Program-made: the position numbers and the translations under genes | Source of the DNA: Azolla caroliniana | Taxonomy: Eukaryota > Plantae > Polypodiophyta | DNA: 64,000 bases | Assembly: GCA_043228905.1 (NCBI GenBank) | Contig: JBHGNT010000015.1 | Coordinates: 13,888,001 to 13,952,000 of the forward strand | Reading direction: 5' to 3' | Notes under the pieces: model-generated | What the model saw: the letters and a program-made list of their open reading frames with translations, nothing else | What the model was told of the DNA's origin: nothing | Databases searched by the model: none | In this document: positions 47,060 to 59,075 of the stretch, piece after piece | Layout: each line of letters begins with the position of its first letter | Numbering within the stretch: the stretch's first letter is position 1

Positions 47060-50000
47060 TATTGCAAGGATTATTACCACTAAGGTGTCAGTGTATGTTA
47101 CCCTGTACGAGCTGTACAGAGAGTCAAGTGTGATGAGCGAGGGTCGAATATTATCATGATGATGTTGTATATGTGTAGGGGACATAAATGTAATTGTGAG
47201 TCGATATGTATGTGAACACATGCACACGTGTGTGCATGTGGAGGGATACGATGAGGTGTGAGTGAGTGTCCAATATGAATGCTCTAGGGGGCTTACACCC
47301 CTATGTATCTACCCCCTCTTGTACTATTTAACCCCCTTATGGGGAATGAATGAAACATGAATAAACATTTCTCTCTATCTCTCTTTTCATCTCTCTCTCT
47401 CTCTCTCTCTCTCTCCCCCTCAACGTTGAACCACCTTGGGAGGGGGGTGGAGCCATTCTAGGCACCACCCCCCACCCCGCAATGCTCATCAATGTCATCC
47501 TTACCCCGCAATGCTTCTCTATATGATCTCTCTCACCATCATACTCTCCATCACCATGTCTATCTTCATTACCAACCATCATAGTTATCATTCATCATCA
47601 TCGGCATCCTTAACCCTAACCCTAACTCTAAAACCTACAACACCTTTTGGCGACCACTAAGGCAACCCCCCTTTGAAGATGAAGTCGAAGACGAATATGC
47701 GGCAAAGACATGGCAACAACGAAATGTGCGATAATGGTGACAATGATGTACAAAGAATCTAATCGACGATGTGCAACAAATGGCAGTCACAATATGTGAG
47801 ACAAAGTCGAGGAATGAGATGGTATGACGATGTGAAGGAAATGGTGATGTTGATTGGAAGTCATCGAGCAATGCAAAACAATGAAGTTGTGCAAGAGGAA
47901 GTTATGAAATCATATGCAACAATAATACGCGAGAAATGGTAGAAATGTGCGTGTAACAGTGATGATGATGAAATGATGACGTTGTGCGAGACTGCAACAA
48001 TGGCAATGACCGTGTGCAAGAGATGGGGAAAAGGTCAAAGAAACAGGAGTAAAATACAATGATTACGATAATTATGATGTTGTGTCATTAGGGTTTCGGT
48101 TTGCATCTTCTCCATTTCGAATCTTACCGATGAAAGTGATTCTGAAGGATGCAACATGATTAAGGAAGAAGACAGAACAAACTACCAAACTATAGAGACT
48201 ATGGATTTCTATTTGAATGGCATTCTCCCAATCATTCTATGTTCCCGTCTTAGGAATTTCGAAGAGATGAATCTCTAGTGTTTTATGAGCAAACTGACAC
48301 AGGCAAGCAAAATAGACTCAAGCGACACAACCGAAAAGAGCCAAAAAGACACAGCCAAACCACGGCCAAGACGGTGATACGGAGATGGTGATAGAACAAG
48401 AGGCTACAGAGCACCTGTCGGAAAGCGACCCAAGAACGGTCCCAGTGGCTGAATGGCGTCAGAATGGAGGCGACCGGACCTGATGATGCCAAACAACGAC
48501 GGTGATGGAGATTGCTGGAAGCGGCCAGACAGCAGCCGAACGACAACCGGATGACGACTGAAGAGTAGCCAAGTGACGGAGCTCAGCCAAAATAGACGGC
48601 CACGCGACTGCAGACCGGCCGGACAGGGCCGGCGACGACGAGAGGGGCTCCAAGGACGGTCATCACCAACCGACAGAAGCCAGAGAGCGGCCGGAATGGT
48701 CGAACAAGACGGCAATCGAACGTCATCCGGGCGATGATTGAATAAAGTGGCCGGGGCAACCGACGTGCTGGCGGCTAGACAACTGACGGTAGTAAGGAAT
48801 AGAGATAGCCGGATAGAGATGCTAGCCTAGAGAATGGCTGGACAGGGCCGCGAGAGACGGCAATGACGCCACACAATGGTAGAACAACGGAAAGTGGCGG
48901 CCGGACAGCCACATCCGAACATCGGAGGACACTGATTGCGACGACGACAAAACCGTAGCTAGAGACAGAAACAGAAACAAAAATAAAGACCGAGACGGAG
49001 ATGAACAAAGAAGGTCATACAGACACACAGAGTGACAGCCACGGACAATGGACATAGCAGTGGTGAATGAAGAAGAGAAAGAAGAAGATGATGAAGTCTG
49101 AGAAACAGAAAGAAGAGAGAGAAAGGCATAGACGGAAGAATAAGGAAGAACGGGAAGAAAGAATGAGGAAGAAGAAAGCAGGCGAGAAAGAAAGAAAGAA
49201 GTAGTAACAGAAATGAAAAAGAAGAGGGAAAGAAGAGAAGGAAAGAAGAAAAAGAAAGATGAGGGTATCAAACATAATTGTAAAAACCTGAGGGTATATA
49301 AGAAAATTTTAAAAATCAAAGGGCACCTATGAAATTTTGAAATCTCATCCACCTAAAGAAATGGACGTGATCGACCACGACAACTCACAAAATCAACAAA
49401 GAATAACATACATACACACAACATTTTTAAGGACCCGAAAGAGGATACCAAAGTTCGTAAGACGACAGAATGAGAATGTTCGTGTCGCGGAAAAGTCGCT
49501 GACCGATGGAGATGATTGAGTCAAGCACTCCGATCGAGGGAGTCGATTGTTGAAAGGACCGATGGAAGTTCTGGTCAAAGAGATATCATCATCAAGGCAT
49601 GTGGGATCGACGTGCAAGGCACTTTCCCACGGGCGTGCCATATTGTGTTACCCCGTACGAGCTATACGGAGAGTCAAGTTTGATGAGCGAGGGTCGAATA
49701 TTATCATGATGATGTTGTATATGTGTAGGGGACATAAATGTAATTGTGAGTCGATATGTATGTGAACACATGCACACGTGTGTGCATGTGGAGGGATACG
49801 ATGAGGTGTGAGTGAGTGTCCAATATGAATGCTCTAGGGGGCTTACACCCCTATGTATCTACCCCCCCTTATGGGGAATGAATGAAACATGAATGAACAT
49901 TTCTCTCTATCTCTCTTTTCATCTCTCTCTCACTCTCTCTCTCTCCCCCTCAACGTTGAACCCCCTTGGGAGGGGGGTAGAGCCATTCTAGGCACCACCC

Positions 50001-50364
50001 CCCACCCCGCAATGCTCATCAATGTCATCCTTACCCCGCAATGCTTCTCTATATGATCTCTCTCACCATCATACTCTCCATCACCATGTCTATCTTCATT
50101 ACCAATCATCATAATTATCATTCATCATCATCGTCGTCCTTAACCCTAACCCTAACTCTAAAACCTACAACAGTGTAGTGGTAGTAGAGGAAAGCTCGAA
50201 CACTAAGGGTGAAAATTCGATTCCCCCCATTGCTAGCTAACAAACCTGCGGTACCTCGCCTTCAAGTGGTTGTGTGAGTGCATGTGTGCCTTCGGGCAAT
50301 GTGGTGGTTTCGAGGGTGAGTGGGATGCCTTCACCTACAAGTCGTGCGGCTGATTCCTGCAATA
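47060..50364 (+). mobile_element. Short tRNA-like (SINE/MITE-like) repeat split by the LTR element at 47096-50172
   Basis: The left piece ttaccactaaggtgtcagtgta joins the right piece gtgtagtggtagt..aattcgattcccc (A-box- and B-box-like); ends tattgcaagga / ttcctgcaata are inverted. An uninterrupted homolog lies at about 55200-55441. Confidence 0.7.
47096..50172 (+). mobile_element. Complete non-autonomous LTR element (LARD/TRIM-like) with tRNA primer-like sites at both LTRs and no PPT
   Basis: LTRs 47096-47642 and 49646-50172 (TG..CA, about 20-bp indel); TSD GTGTA; TGGCGACCAC at 47648 (+); TGGCACGCCCGTGGGA at 49625-49640 (-); 2.0-kb internal region without recognisable coding motifs. Strand inferred from the TATA-like motif followed by the CT tract. 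Confidence 0.9.
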
Positions 50365-50528
50365 CAACAAAGTCTCACAATCGAAAGCTATCTAAGCCAA
50401 AAGCCTGCTTACTTGTGGCAAGTATTTGCACCAAAGGTGGTTGAATCGTCATGATCTGTTGGAGAAGGTTGGTTTCTACATTTGTCTTCTTCTCCACTTG
50501 ACTCTTTTTGGTAGGTAACAAGCTGTAG

Positions 50529-50678
50529 TTTTCTCTGAGACAAGATTCATGCATGATCCATAATCTCTCACAGAACTTTGGACACGCGAAATTCTACTTG
50601 TATAGCTTTCTCCGAGACAAGATTCATGCATGATCCATAATCTCTCAAAGGACTTTGGACACGCGAAATTCTACTTGT
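50529..50678. repeat. Tandem duplication of about 77 bp
   Basis: gagacaagattcatgcatgatccataatctctca..ctttggacacgcgaaattctacttgt twice. Confidence 0.9.
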
Positions 50679-52099
50679 CCCTTACTATGACCATTACTCA
50701 ACAGAAAATCTTAGTAGAAAAAACATTACTAAAGATAATAAGCAAACTGGTCATAGAATCATTATCATCTTGTAATGTTCCCATGTTTATGGAAAATTAT
50801 AGAGCTTTCATGATAGCAAATAATTGCTAAGCTCATTAGTTTGCATGTCATTCATTACCGCAGTCCTAGTAATCATTTGTATTTTTAATCAAATGAAATC
50901 ATATTTGGAAAAAATAACAAATAATATAGAAAGTAATGAGAAACATATCAGTAAAATAATGAATAAATTATGATTTGATGCATATCAAAAGGACTACAAA
51001 ATCACATTTTATTGTGCAAAAATAAATATTGTAGCCTTTTTAAAAAAATGCTCTATATAAATGCATCAATTGGGGAGAAAGAAATTATGTTAACATGATT
51101 ATCAATTAATATCAATGAAACACACCATATAGGAGTGTTAGCACTGGTATAAGATACATAATCACGTAAAAAAATCAGAATTTATACAAAAAACTGATAA
51201 TTTACGCATATTGTAATAATAATGGTACATAAATATATTTTGAAAAAAATAGATATTAAAACACAATTTTTTTGCATATTTACATTTCCCACACTCTCCT
51301 AGGCCTATGGAAATGTTTTTGAAATTTTTTTGGATTTTTTACTAAAATCCTATATATTTGTAGTTTTTTTCGAAAATAAAAATAATATATACATATTAAT
51401 TTCGAAAAAGATACTAATAGGGTTTCTGATTTATAGAAGATGAGAAAAAAAAACAAAGCGTATTTATAAATAAAATCATCGTTTTTTTGTTTTTAATGCT
51501 AAATATCTCTCTTTATTCATTTTTTCTTTTTTAAACGCTGGCTTTTTTAATCCAAAGTTTTTTTTTTTGCTTCTTTACAGTATGGAGGTTGTACCTTTGC
51601 TTTTTTGGGAGCCACCTAAGCTTGTAGCCTATTGTGCACTCGATATTGGAGGTACCAAGGGGCGTTTGGTATGTGGCCACCACGAAGTGGAAGATGTTGT
51701 AGAAAGTCCAAAATGTCAACCCTGATGTGGTTTTTCGTTTAGATTTTTCTTCTAGAACCATGCCAAGACACTTAATATCTCAGTTATGAGTTCACTTATG
51801 CATATGGGTTTGTCTTTTTTTCCAACAAGCTATTTATACATCCTTGCTCACACTTATTGCTCACTGGTTATCTTGGCAACATTATTTCTCCTATCAATTT
51901 GCCTCCAATGATGCAGGCCTTAATTTTGATATTTCCCACACCATGGTTGCCTCCTCGTCCTAGATTGTCTCTCATATGAGGGTAAATACCAGTATCTCAA
52001 CTGTAAGTTGCACCTATTTCTAGTTCTGTTATCGGAATAACAAGATTACCCACTATGCTATTTCAGCGGATGTTTTGTCTTGTGATTTTTCCTTCAACA

Positions 52100-53830
52100 A
52101 GTTGATGAAACTAATTTAGAAGCACTACCATCAACTATTTAATATCCTTCTCAAGTGCATGTTGTTGGGATTGATTGTTGCTCTTGGAGGTTGCTTTGCG
52201 TGAGTATAGAAGGCCAATAACATGACTATTGGATCCTATCCATTACTATACTATTGCTCGGTTCAAGAGACGGGACTGTTTACTATTATATATGCACTTG
52301 ATAAGTTGCATTGTTATTAATATAGTAGCATCTCATACAGTTCTACAGATCATTACTGCCTCTCACACTTCCTAACTCAAATAAGTTTTGAGCGATGGAA
52401 AAGGACTTGGGCGGAGTTGATGATACATTTCGATTTCGAGATCCACTTTTCTAAAGAGGTTTCGATATCGGTAGCAGATGAGTTGAGTTGAAATCTGGAA
52501 AGTGCATGCCCTAAGCTTCTCGGAATTGTCCAATGATCTGAAAACATTTTCTGGGGTTAATACCTATTACCAATACATTGATGAAAGAACTTTCTTGTCG
52601 TTCTAGAAGAGAGCTTAATCAAGTATTATTACTGACGTCACTTTTGGAACCTCACCTCCAGGAACCTTTACTATTTAGCAAATAATTTGCTATACTATAA
52701 TAGTAAGGTTGGCATTCCAGATAACAAAGACATAAAGAAGATGACTCTTTATGACTCCTTTGCAAGATATCAGAGAATGTGTACTTCGCTAGCTATGCCA
52801 GAATGTTCTTTTTACCACCAAAGAATAATGGCTAGGGTAGAATACTATGTTATACACATTCCACTCTGTCAAGTCGTTAAGATAGAGTGACTTCAGAAAG
52901 TTGATCTATTGCATCCTCTTACTATTCCAACTCCGATGTGGAAGCGTATATTGATGGATTTCGTTGTTGCATTATCCTTAGTCAAATGGGCCGACAAAGG
53001 GATTGATCCAGAAGAGGATATGTTGAGCACATATGTTTGCAAGCAACCATAGTGCTAGAGATATATCAACGACATTTAATGTTGAGGTATCGACCTTTGC
53101 CACAAACACCAACAGATTTGTGTGCCAATTTAGCGCCAAGGTATTGTGATCCTTATCAGGAATTTGGGTCTCAGTACATTCCGTTTAGATTTAAGCTTCT
53201 TAATGTTACGTTGGATCCAGTTTTTCACGTGAGTGGTCTCAATGGATCTTGCGTATGATGATAATGTTGTTCCTCTGTTTAGAGTGACTTCATTATAGGA
53301 TGTTAGATTTACTCTGCTTGAACCTAATTATCCTTGACCATAGGACTTCAACCTTATGGTTCAAGATGATTCATAAGTATAAGGTTAAGTGGAAAGATTT
53401 CATTAAGGAGGTTGACACTTGGTAGAACATTACGTTAATATATTACCTTTTCCCTTGTTTTAAATTGCAAGAGTGCAATTATTTGGATAGAGGGGAGTAT
53501 GTAATGTTCACAATCCTTAAGTGTAATTAATGGGACATTATTCTATAATATCAAACTCATTGGATACTTGATCTAGACCTCGTGTGTGTATTTGGCGCCA
53601 CACATATAATTGGTTGTTGTAGTTGGCTCATTAATGGCCAATGTCAACTTGCCAGAGTCCTATATAAGTGAGTGTGCACACCCTTGGGGGGAACGATTCC
53701 CATAATGCAGTTGTGTTCCCATAGAGGAGAGGTTCTAGGATAGGGAGGCTCTCTTGATTGAGGACTAGACATCTACCAAGGTCAGGTTTGTTTGTTCCTG
53801 GCTAGGATGGGGCAGTTCATGACATCCACA
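52100..53830 (+). mobile_element. Highly degenerate Ty3/gypsy pol (RNase H, integrase, chromodomain) and 3' LTR start at 53500
   Basis: Relics such as SVQETGLFTIIYALDKL, LAPRYCDPYQ and DPVFHVS. The end ttgcaagagtgcaat..agaggggagta|TGT matches the 3' end of the 16208-28069 family. Confidence 0.7.
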
Positions 53831-55199
53831 CTGTCACAATCGACTCTGGCGCAGGCTGTCACGGACCGGTAGACGAGGATAAGGACAAGTAGGCGAGCTA
53901 AATATTAAGAGAGAGTGAAAGATAGATATATAGATATGGAGAGAGTATAGACAAGAGAACAAGAGAGATAGAGGGAGAAGGTAGTCAAAGAGCAAGAACT
54001 AGATTATGCTTCCGTAACTGGTGTTGTTCACCTTGATTGTAATCAAGGTGCATTGAAGTATTTATACAAGAATATGGTGGTATGCATGTATGCTAGGAAA
54101 CATCTAGAGAATGCATGGAAACTTCTAGAGAGTACATGACGGTGCATTCTCTAGAAGTTTCATGAAAGTTCTAGTGATTAACTTACAATGTATTAAGTTG
54201 AAACTTATACAATATAATAATGCATAGATGGAATGTAGCTCAATTGCTAAGGTTGCCCAATAAGACCAAGCGGTCATGGGAAGGAAATCTCCTTAGGGGA
54301 AAAATATTGTATGTTAATCTATACATTATGATTATTGGTTGGGCGATGTGGTATGGAGTATATTCCATAAGGACAACATGCAAATGCCATTGATCTTATG
54401 AAAGGTTGTTTGCACTGTAACAAGAGACTCTCATTTTGTTTGTTCTCTCACATGAGGATTTCTTGGTACTAAATGTAGAATTCTAGGATAAATGTTAACA
54501 ATAGGCCGTGCCACAATAAATGTCAGATAAATTATGTGTGTGGAAATTTTAATTTAGGCAAGGGAAATCTATCAGGTGTTTTTCTTTTTCGCAGCCAGGT
54601 TTGTTGTTGTTGGATAGAATATAGTTTTGTATTGGTATGGTTCTAAATTTCTTACGAGAAATTGTCATGTATTTGAATGTTTCTTATGTCCTTAAAATGC
54701 ATGAAGAAGCCAGTTGTAGCAGAGCATTGTATATCACATTCTTCAAAATAGAAATGAATCCAATCCCTCTTGAACAATTCACTAACTTCGTTGAGTTTGT
54801 GCCCATCCAAATGGTTCTCTAGGATTAGCACAAAGTGAGCTTTGGAAGGACCCAATATAAAGTCTAGCTCTTGCTAAAACTTACAAATTCCTTGGTGATA
54901 GATAATGTTCACCTCTGAGTCCACACACATTTCACATCATGAGATGCATTCATGGAAAAGCAATTTAGATAGCTCCTTCATAGCATTTCGACAAACAACT
55001 CGTCAATGAACGATGTTGATATATTCTCATTTAGATGATCCCAAGCCTTTAAAATATTCGATTTTTGATGGAATTCTAGTGCAACATTGAGCTTGTTTAA
55101 AGAAAAGAATTCATGGGCCAATTATACTTGTATAGAGGTCAATCCCTATTGCATATCCCACAATGCATTTTGCAGCTTGAGCATTTTGAAGTGTCAACG

Positions 55200-55441
55200 C
55201 TTAGGTCCTTACCACTAACATGTTAGTGTAGTGGTAGTGGGGGGAAGGCTTGAGCACTAAGGGTGAAAGTTCAAATACACCCATCGCTAGCTAATGAACA
55301 TGTGGTACCTTGCCTTCAGGTGGTGTTTCGCTTCGAGGAATAAGTAATGGTGAGTATGTTCCTTCAGGTGGTTGGGTGAGTGCGTGTGTGTTTTTGGGGG
55401 TGGTGCCTTATTCTACAAGTCATGCATTAGAATCTAGCAGT
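55200..55441 (+). mobile_element. Second, uninterrupted copy of the tRNA-like repeat
   Basis: ttaccactaacatgttagtgtagtggtagt..aagttcaaatac..gctagctaa..ggtacct.gccttca, colinear with 47074-47095 plus 50173-50360. Confidence 0.75.
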
Positions 55442-56726
55442 TGTCAAGGACTATATAAACGTATTATATTATATAAAATAAAAATAGAACAAGGAATGAA
55501 TAGATAATAGAAAATAATGAATGCATATATTGATTGTCGAAGATACAATCGTTGCTACAGAGACTATAATTGTAGAGGCTTAAGAGGTTGAAGAAATGTA
55601 TTGAACTAGAATGGTTTTAAAATTACCCAAAGGCCTCCTTATATACAACACATGATCCACAATGTTATGTCACATTCCAGACATTCACAGTTCTGCTACA
55701 TGCATGAGCATCACATGCATGATCCACATGTACACAATGCATGCATGCCCATCATCCCATGATCATCATCGACATGACCATCCTCCACATGACCATCATC
55801 GTCATGACTATCATCCACATGACCATTGTACATCATCATAGCAATCAATGCATAATATAATCTTCATGAGGACCACTAGACTCAACATAATGGCATGACC
55901 CATTGGTTAAGACCTCACCATGTGTAGCCCTAAGGTCAATAGTTCTAGTCATGATCATGACTCTATCCCCCTCTTAGAATGACGAGTTGTAAGAGTCAGC
56001 ATGGAGACATGAAGACCGGGCTTCTAAGGATACTGAATGTGAAACTCCTAGATAAGATCATGAGCATTCACCAAATGTGCACCAAGTTCCCATGTGAGAT
56101 ATTGTGCCCCATAACCTTCCCAATCTACCAAATAATATAGGTGACCTCGGATCTTCGAGTCAAGAATGGTTGCAACCTCGTACTCGGATCCATCAACAAT
56201 CTCTATTGCAGGTGGAGGCAACATAACATGATTCAAAATTCCACTAAGGACACAAGGCTGTAAGAGAGAACAATGGAATACAGGATGAAGTTGCATGTGG
56301 GAAGGTAAATCAAGACAAAATGTCACCTCATTATTCTTCCCACTTATCACAAAAGGTCCCAATCATTGATAATCCAATTTATCACAAGGTCGAGTCATTT
56401 CTAGATGTCGACATAGTAGCCACACTCTATCCCCCACGTGAAATGTGTGTTGAACTCGATGGCAATCAACAACTTGTTTTTGTGATGCTTGAGCATGTTG
56501 TAACTGAATTGTTACATCTAGTTGTATCTGACGAATCTGAGATAATCAATTCTCTGCACTAGGATTGGTAGAAGCTTGAGGGATCTCTAGGAAGATCCAA
56601 TATGGATGTTGACCAGTATGTGCAAAGAATGGGGTGACCTTAATAGAGGAATGCACTAAATTATTATATGTAAATTCTACAAATGTAGAGTATCAACCCA
56701 ATTTTCTTGTTGATAACTAATGAAAC
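55442..56726 (-). mobile_element. 3' end of an older chromovirus (integrase tail, chromodomain, PPT, LTR 55442-55962)
   Basis: ORF 56048-56362 GPF..LHPVFH..YEVATILDSK..YYLVDWEGYG..TWE; PPT aagagggggatag; the LTR begins (a)GTCATGAT like the 3721 family and ends ..TTGACA. Confidence 0.85.
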
Positions 56727-59075
56727 TGTTGGGAAATCGGTCTCTTCGGATGGGATCTGGTGCTAAATAAAGAGGACCCGGTGAGAACCAGAAGAGAAGC
56801 CCATTGAAGCTATATTTGTAAATAGCCCTAAGTTCATATAACTATAAATATGACTTAGGGAAATCACTTTAATGTGTGATTGTGTTGTGATATTGCTGCC
56901 ACTGTGCAAAGAAATAGAGATCGAGGTCGTTGCCTCTGAGTCTCTGATTTGTATCCCTTCTCTTCATAGTGATAGTTTGGAGTCTGTGGGCTCCCGTGGT
57001 TTTTCCCTGTTAAGGTTTTTCACGTAAACATCATGCATCAGCTTTCCCTTGTGAACTCTCTATGTCCCATTTCTGTGTTTAATTCTTATAGAAGTGTTTT
57101 ACTACTTGGTTGTGGCCGAGCGATATTCCGTGCATTTCTTTTCAAACTGGTATCAGAGATAACAACATAGGAAATGGAAGAATCATTCGGCGGCAGGTTC
57201 AAGCTCATCGGCTCCAACTACTCAGTGTGGAAGTCGAAGATAAGGGATATGCTAGTGGTCAAAGATCTTTGTTTGTCGGTTCAGTTCGGGGACAAGAGAC
57301 CGGACAAGATCGATGACACGGTGTGGGAGGTGATGCACATGAAGACGGCAACATACATCTGGTGCTTCATTGACATGAGCCTGTACAACAACTTCAACGA
57401 AGAGAGCAAGGCTCATGAACTCTGGGAGAAGATCGACATTATGTTCCAAAACAAAAATGTCGTTAATCGCATTTCAGTATTTTGGAAGATAGTGAGGCTC
57501 GGATACCAAGATGGCTCTAGTATGGCGGAGCACATGAATGCTTGCCAGGGACTGATCCATCAGGAAACCTCGTTGGAGGTACCTCTCGCCAATGAGGTAC
57601 TTGGTCTACTCCTGCTCGGTTCCCTCCCAGAAAGCTGGGAGACGTTAGTTGTCACGTTAGGCAACGCGGGGTTGGAAGGAAAACAACTATCCCTAGCAAG
57701 GGTCAAGTCGAGCTTGCTACATGAGGAGGCACGTCAGAAAGACAAGGAGGTAATCTCTGACGCCAAAGCCCTCCTTACCAAATCGGAGTCCCCAGAACTA
57801 GGAAAAATCGAGGACATGGTCAACGTCAAGGGGGAGGCCCACTTGCTTCTGTTGTGGCAAGCCGGGGCACTTATAGAAGAACTGTCGGCATTTCCGGAAG
57901 GACAAGGGAACTGACAGTACTGACCGGAAGAAGTCACCGGACCGAAACGGTTCGAATCGACGAGGCCCGGACCGAAAGGGAATGACGGCGATCGCAGCAA
58001 CTGAAGAAGAACTAATGCTTATCACCGAGGAGAGTGATTTGAACCTGGCCGTGGACGAGACAACATGGGTTGTCGATTCCGGAGCGTCGTTCCACCTTAC
58101 CCCAGACCGGAAATGCTTCTCATCCTACACAGGCGGTGAGCACGGCTGTGTCCGGATGGGGAATGAAGGGACATGCCGAATTATCGGCATAGGAGATGTG
58201 TTGTTGACGACATCAACCATATTCAAGTTAGTGTTGAAGGATGTCCGACACGTTCCAGAGGTTCGACTGAACCTGATATCAGCCGATCGGCTAGATGATG
58301 AAGGCTACACAAGTAGCATCCGGAACGGTGTCATGAAGTTCTGCAAAGGGAGCTTAATAGTGGCTCCAACCCGGAAGGTCAACACACTGTACTTGATGAA
58401 TGTCTGGATATGTCGGGAAGAAGTGAACGTAGCATCTGACACTGCTGGTGAGCTGTGTCACATGAGTGAGAAGGGGATGAAGAGGCTTGCCGAAGATAAC
58501 CTCATTCCGGTGAAGGACGTGCAACTTGAGAAGTGCACCAACTGCTTGGCCGGCAAGCAAAACCACACCTCTTTCCGGTCAAAACCACCGATGAGACGGA
58601 ATGCACCACTGGAGCTGGTGCATACTGATGTGTGTCAAGTCGATACGAAGTCACATGCTGGATCACAGTACTTTGCAACGTTCATAGACGACCACAGCCG
58701 GAAGTTGTGGGTCTCATCGTTGAAGACGAAGGACCAAGGGTTATTCGTCTTCAAGGATCTTCAGACCAGAGTGGAGAGAGAAACTGGTCAAAAGCTGATG
58801 GCGGTTTGAGCAGATAACAAAGGAGAATACCGGGGGCAGTTCGAGGAGTACTGCCAGTCGAAGGGAATCCGGCTCGTGTTTACTATGCCGAAGATGCTAG
58901 AACTAAATGGGTTGGCCGAAAGGATGAACCGGACCATAATGGAGAGAATTTGGAGCATGCTAGCACATGCTAAGTTACGCAAGACGTTTTGGGCTAAGCC
59001 ATTGATGACGGCGACCTATGTGATAAACAGATCACCCTCAATACCCTTGGATGGAGACTCACCGCAGAAAGTATG
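56727..59075 (+). mobile_element. 5' half of a third Tork-like copia element (LTR 56727-57144, Met PBS 57148, gag, protease, integrase)
   Basis: TGTTGGGAA start; TGGTATCAGAG; ORFs 57174-57914 and 57982-58809 are homologous to the 38302-41085 copy; interrupted at 59076 by a gypsy LTR. Confidence 0.92.

Noticed and set aside
48283-49352. ORFs inside the dual-PBS element
   Set aside because: They are S/F/L-rich translations of the purine/pyrimidine-biased tract with no gag or pol motifs.
31807-50177. Identical TSD GTGTA for two unrelated LTR elements as shared site specificity
   Set aside because: Only two events from different element types; chance cannot be excluded.
50690-51560. AT-rich segment as a MITE or Helitron
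   Set aside because: No TIR, TSD or terminal hairpin could be identified by eye.
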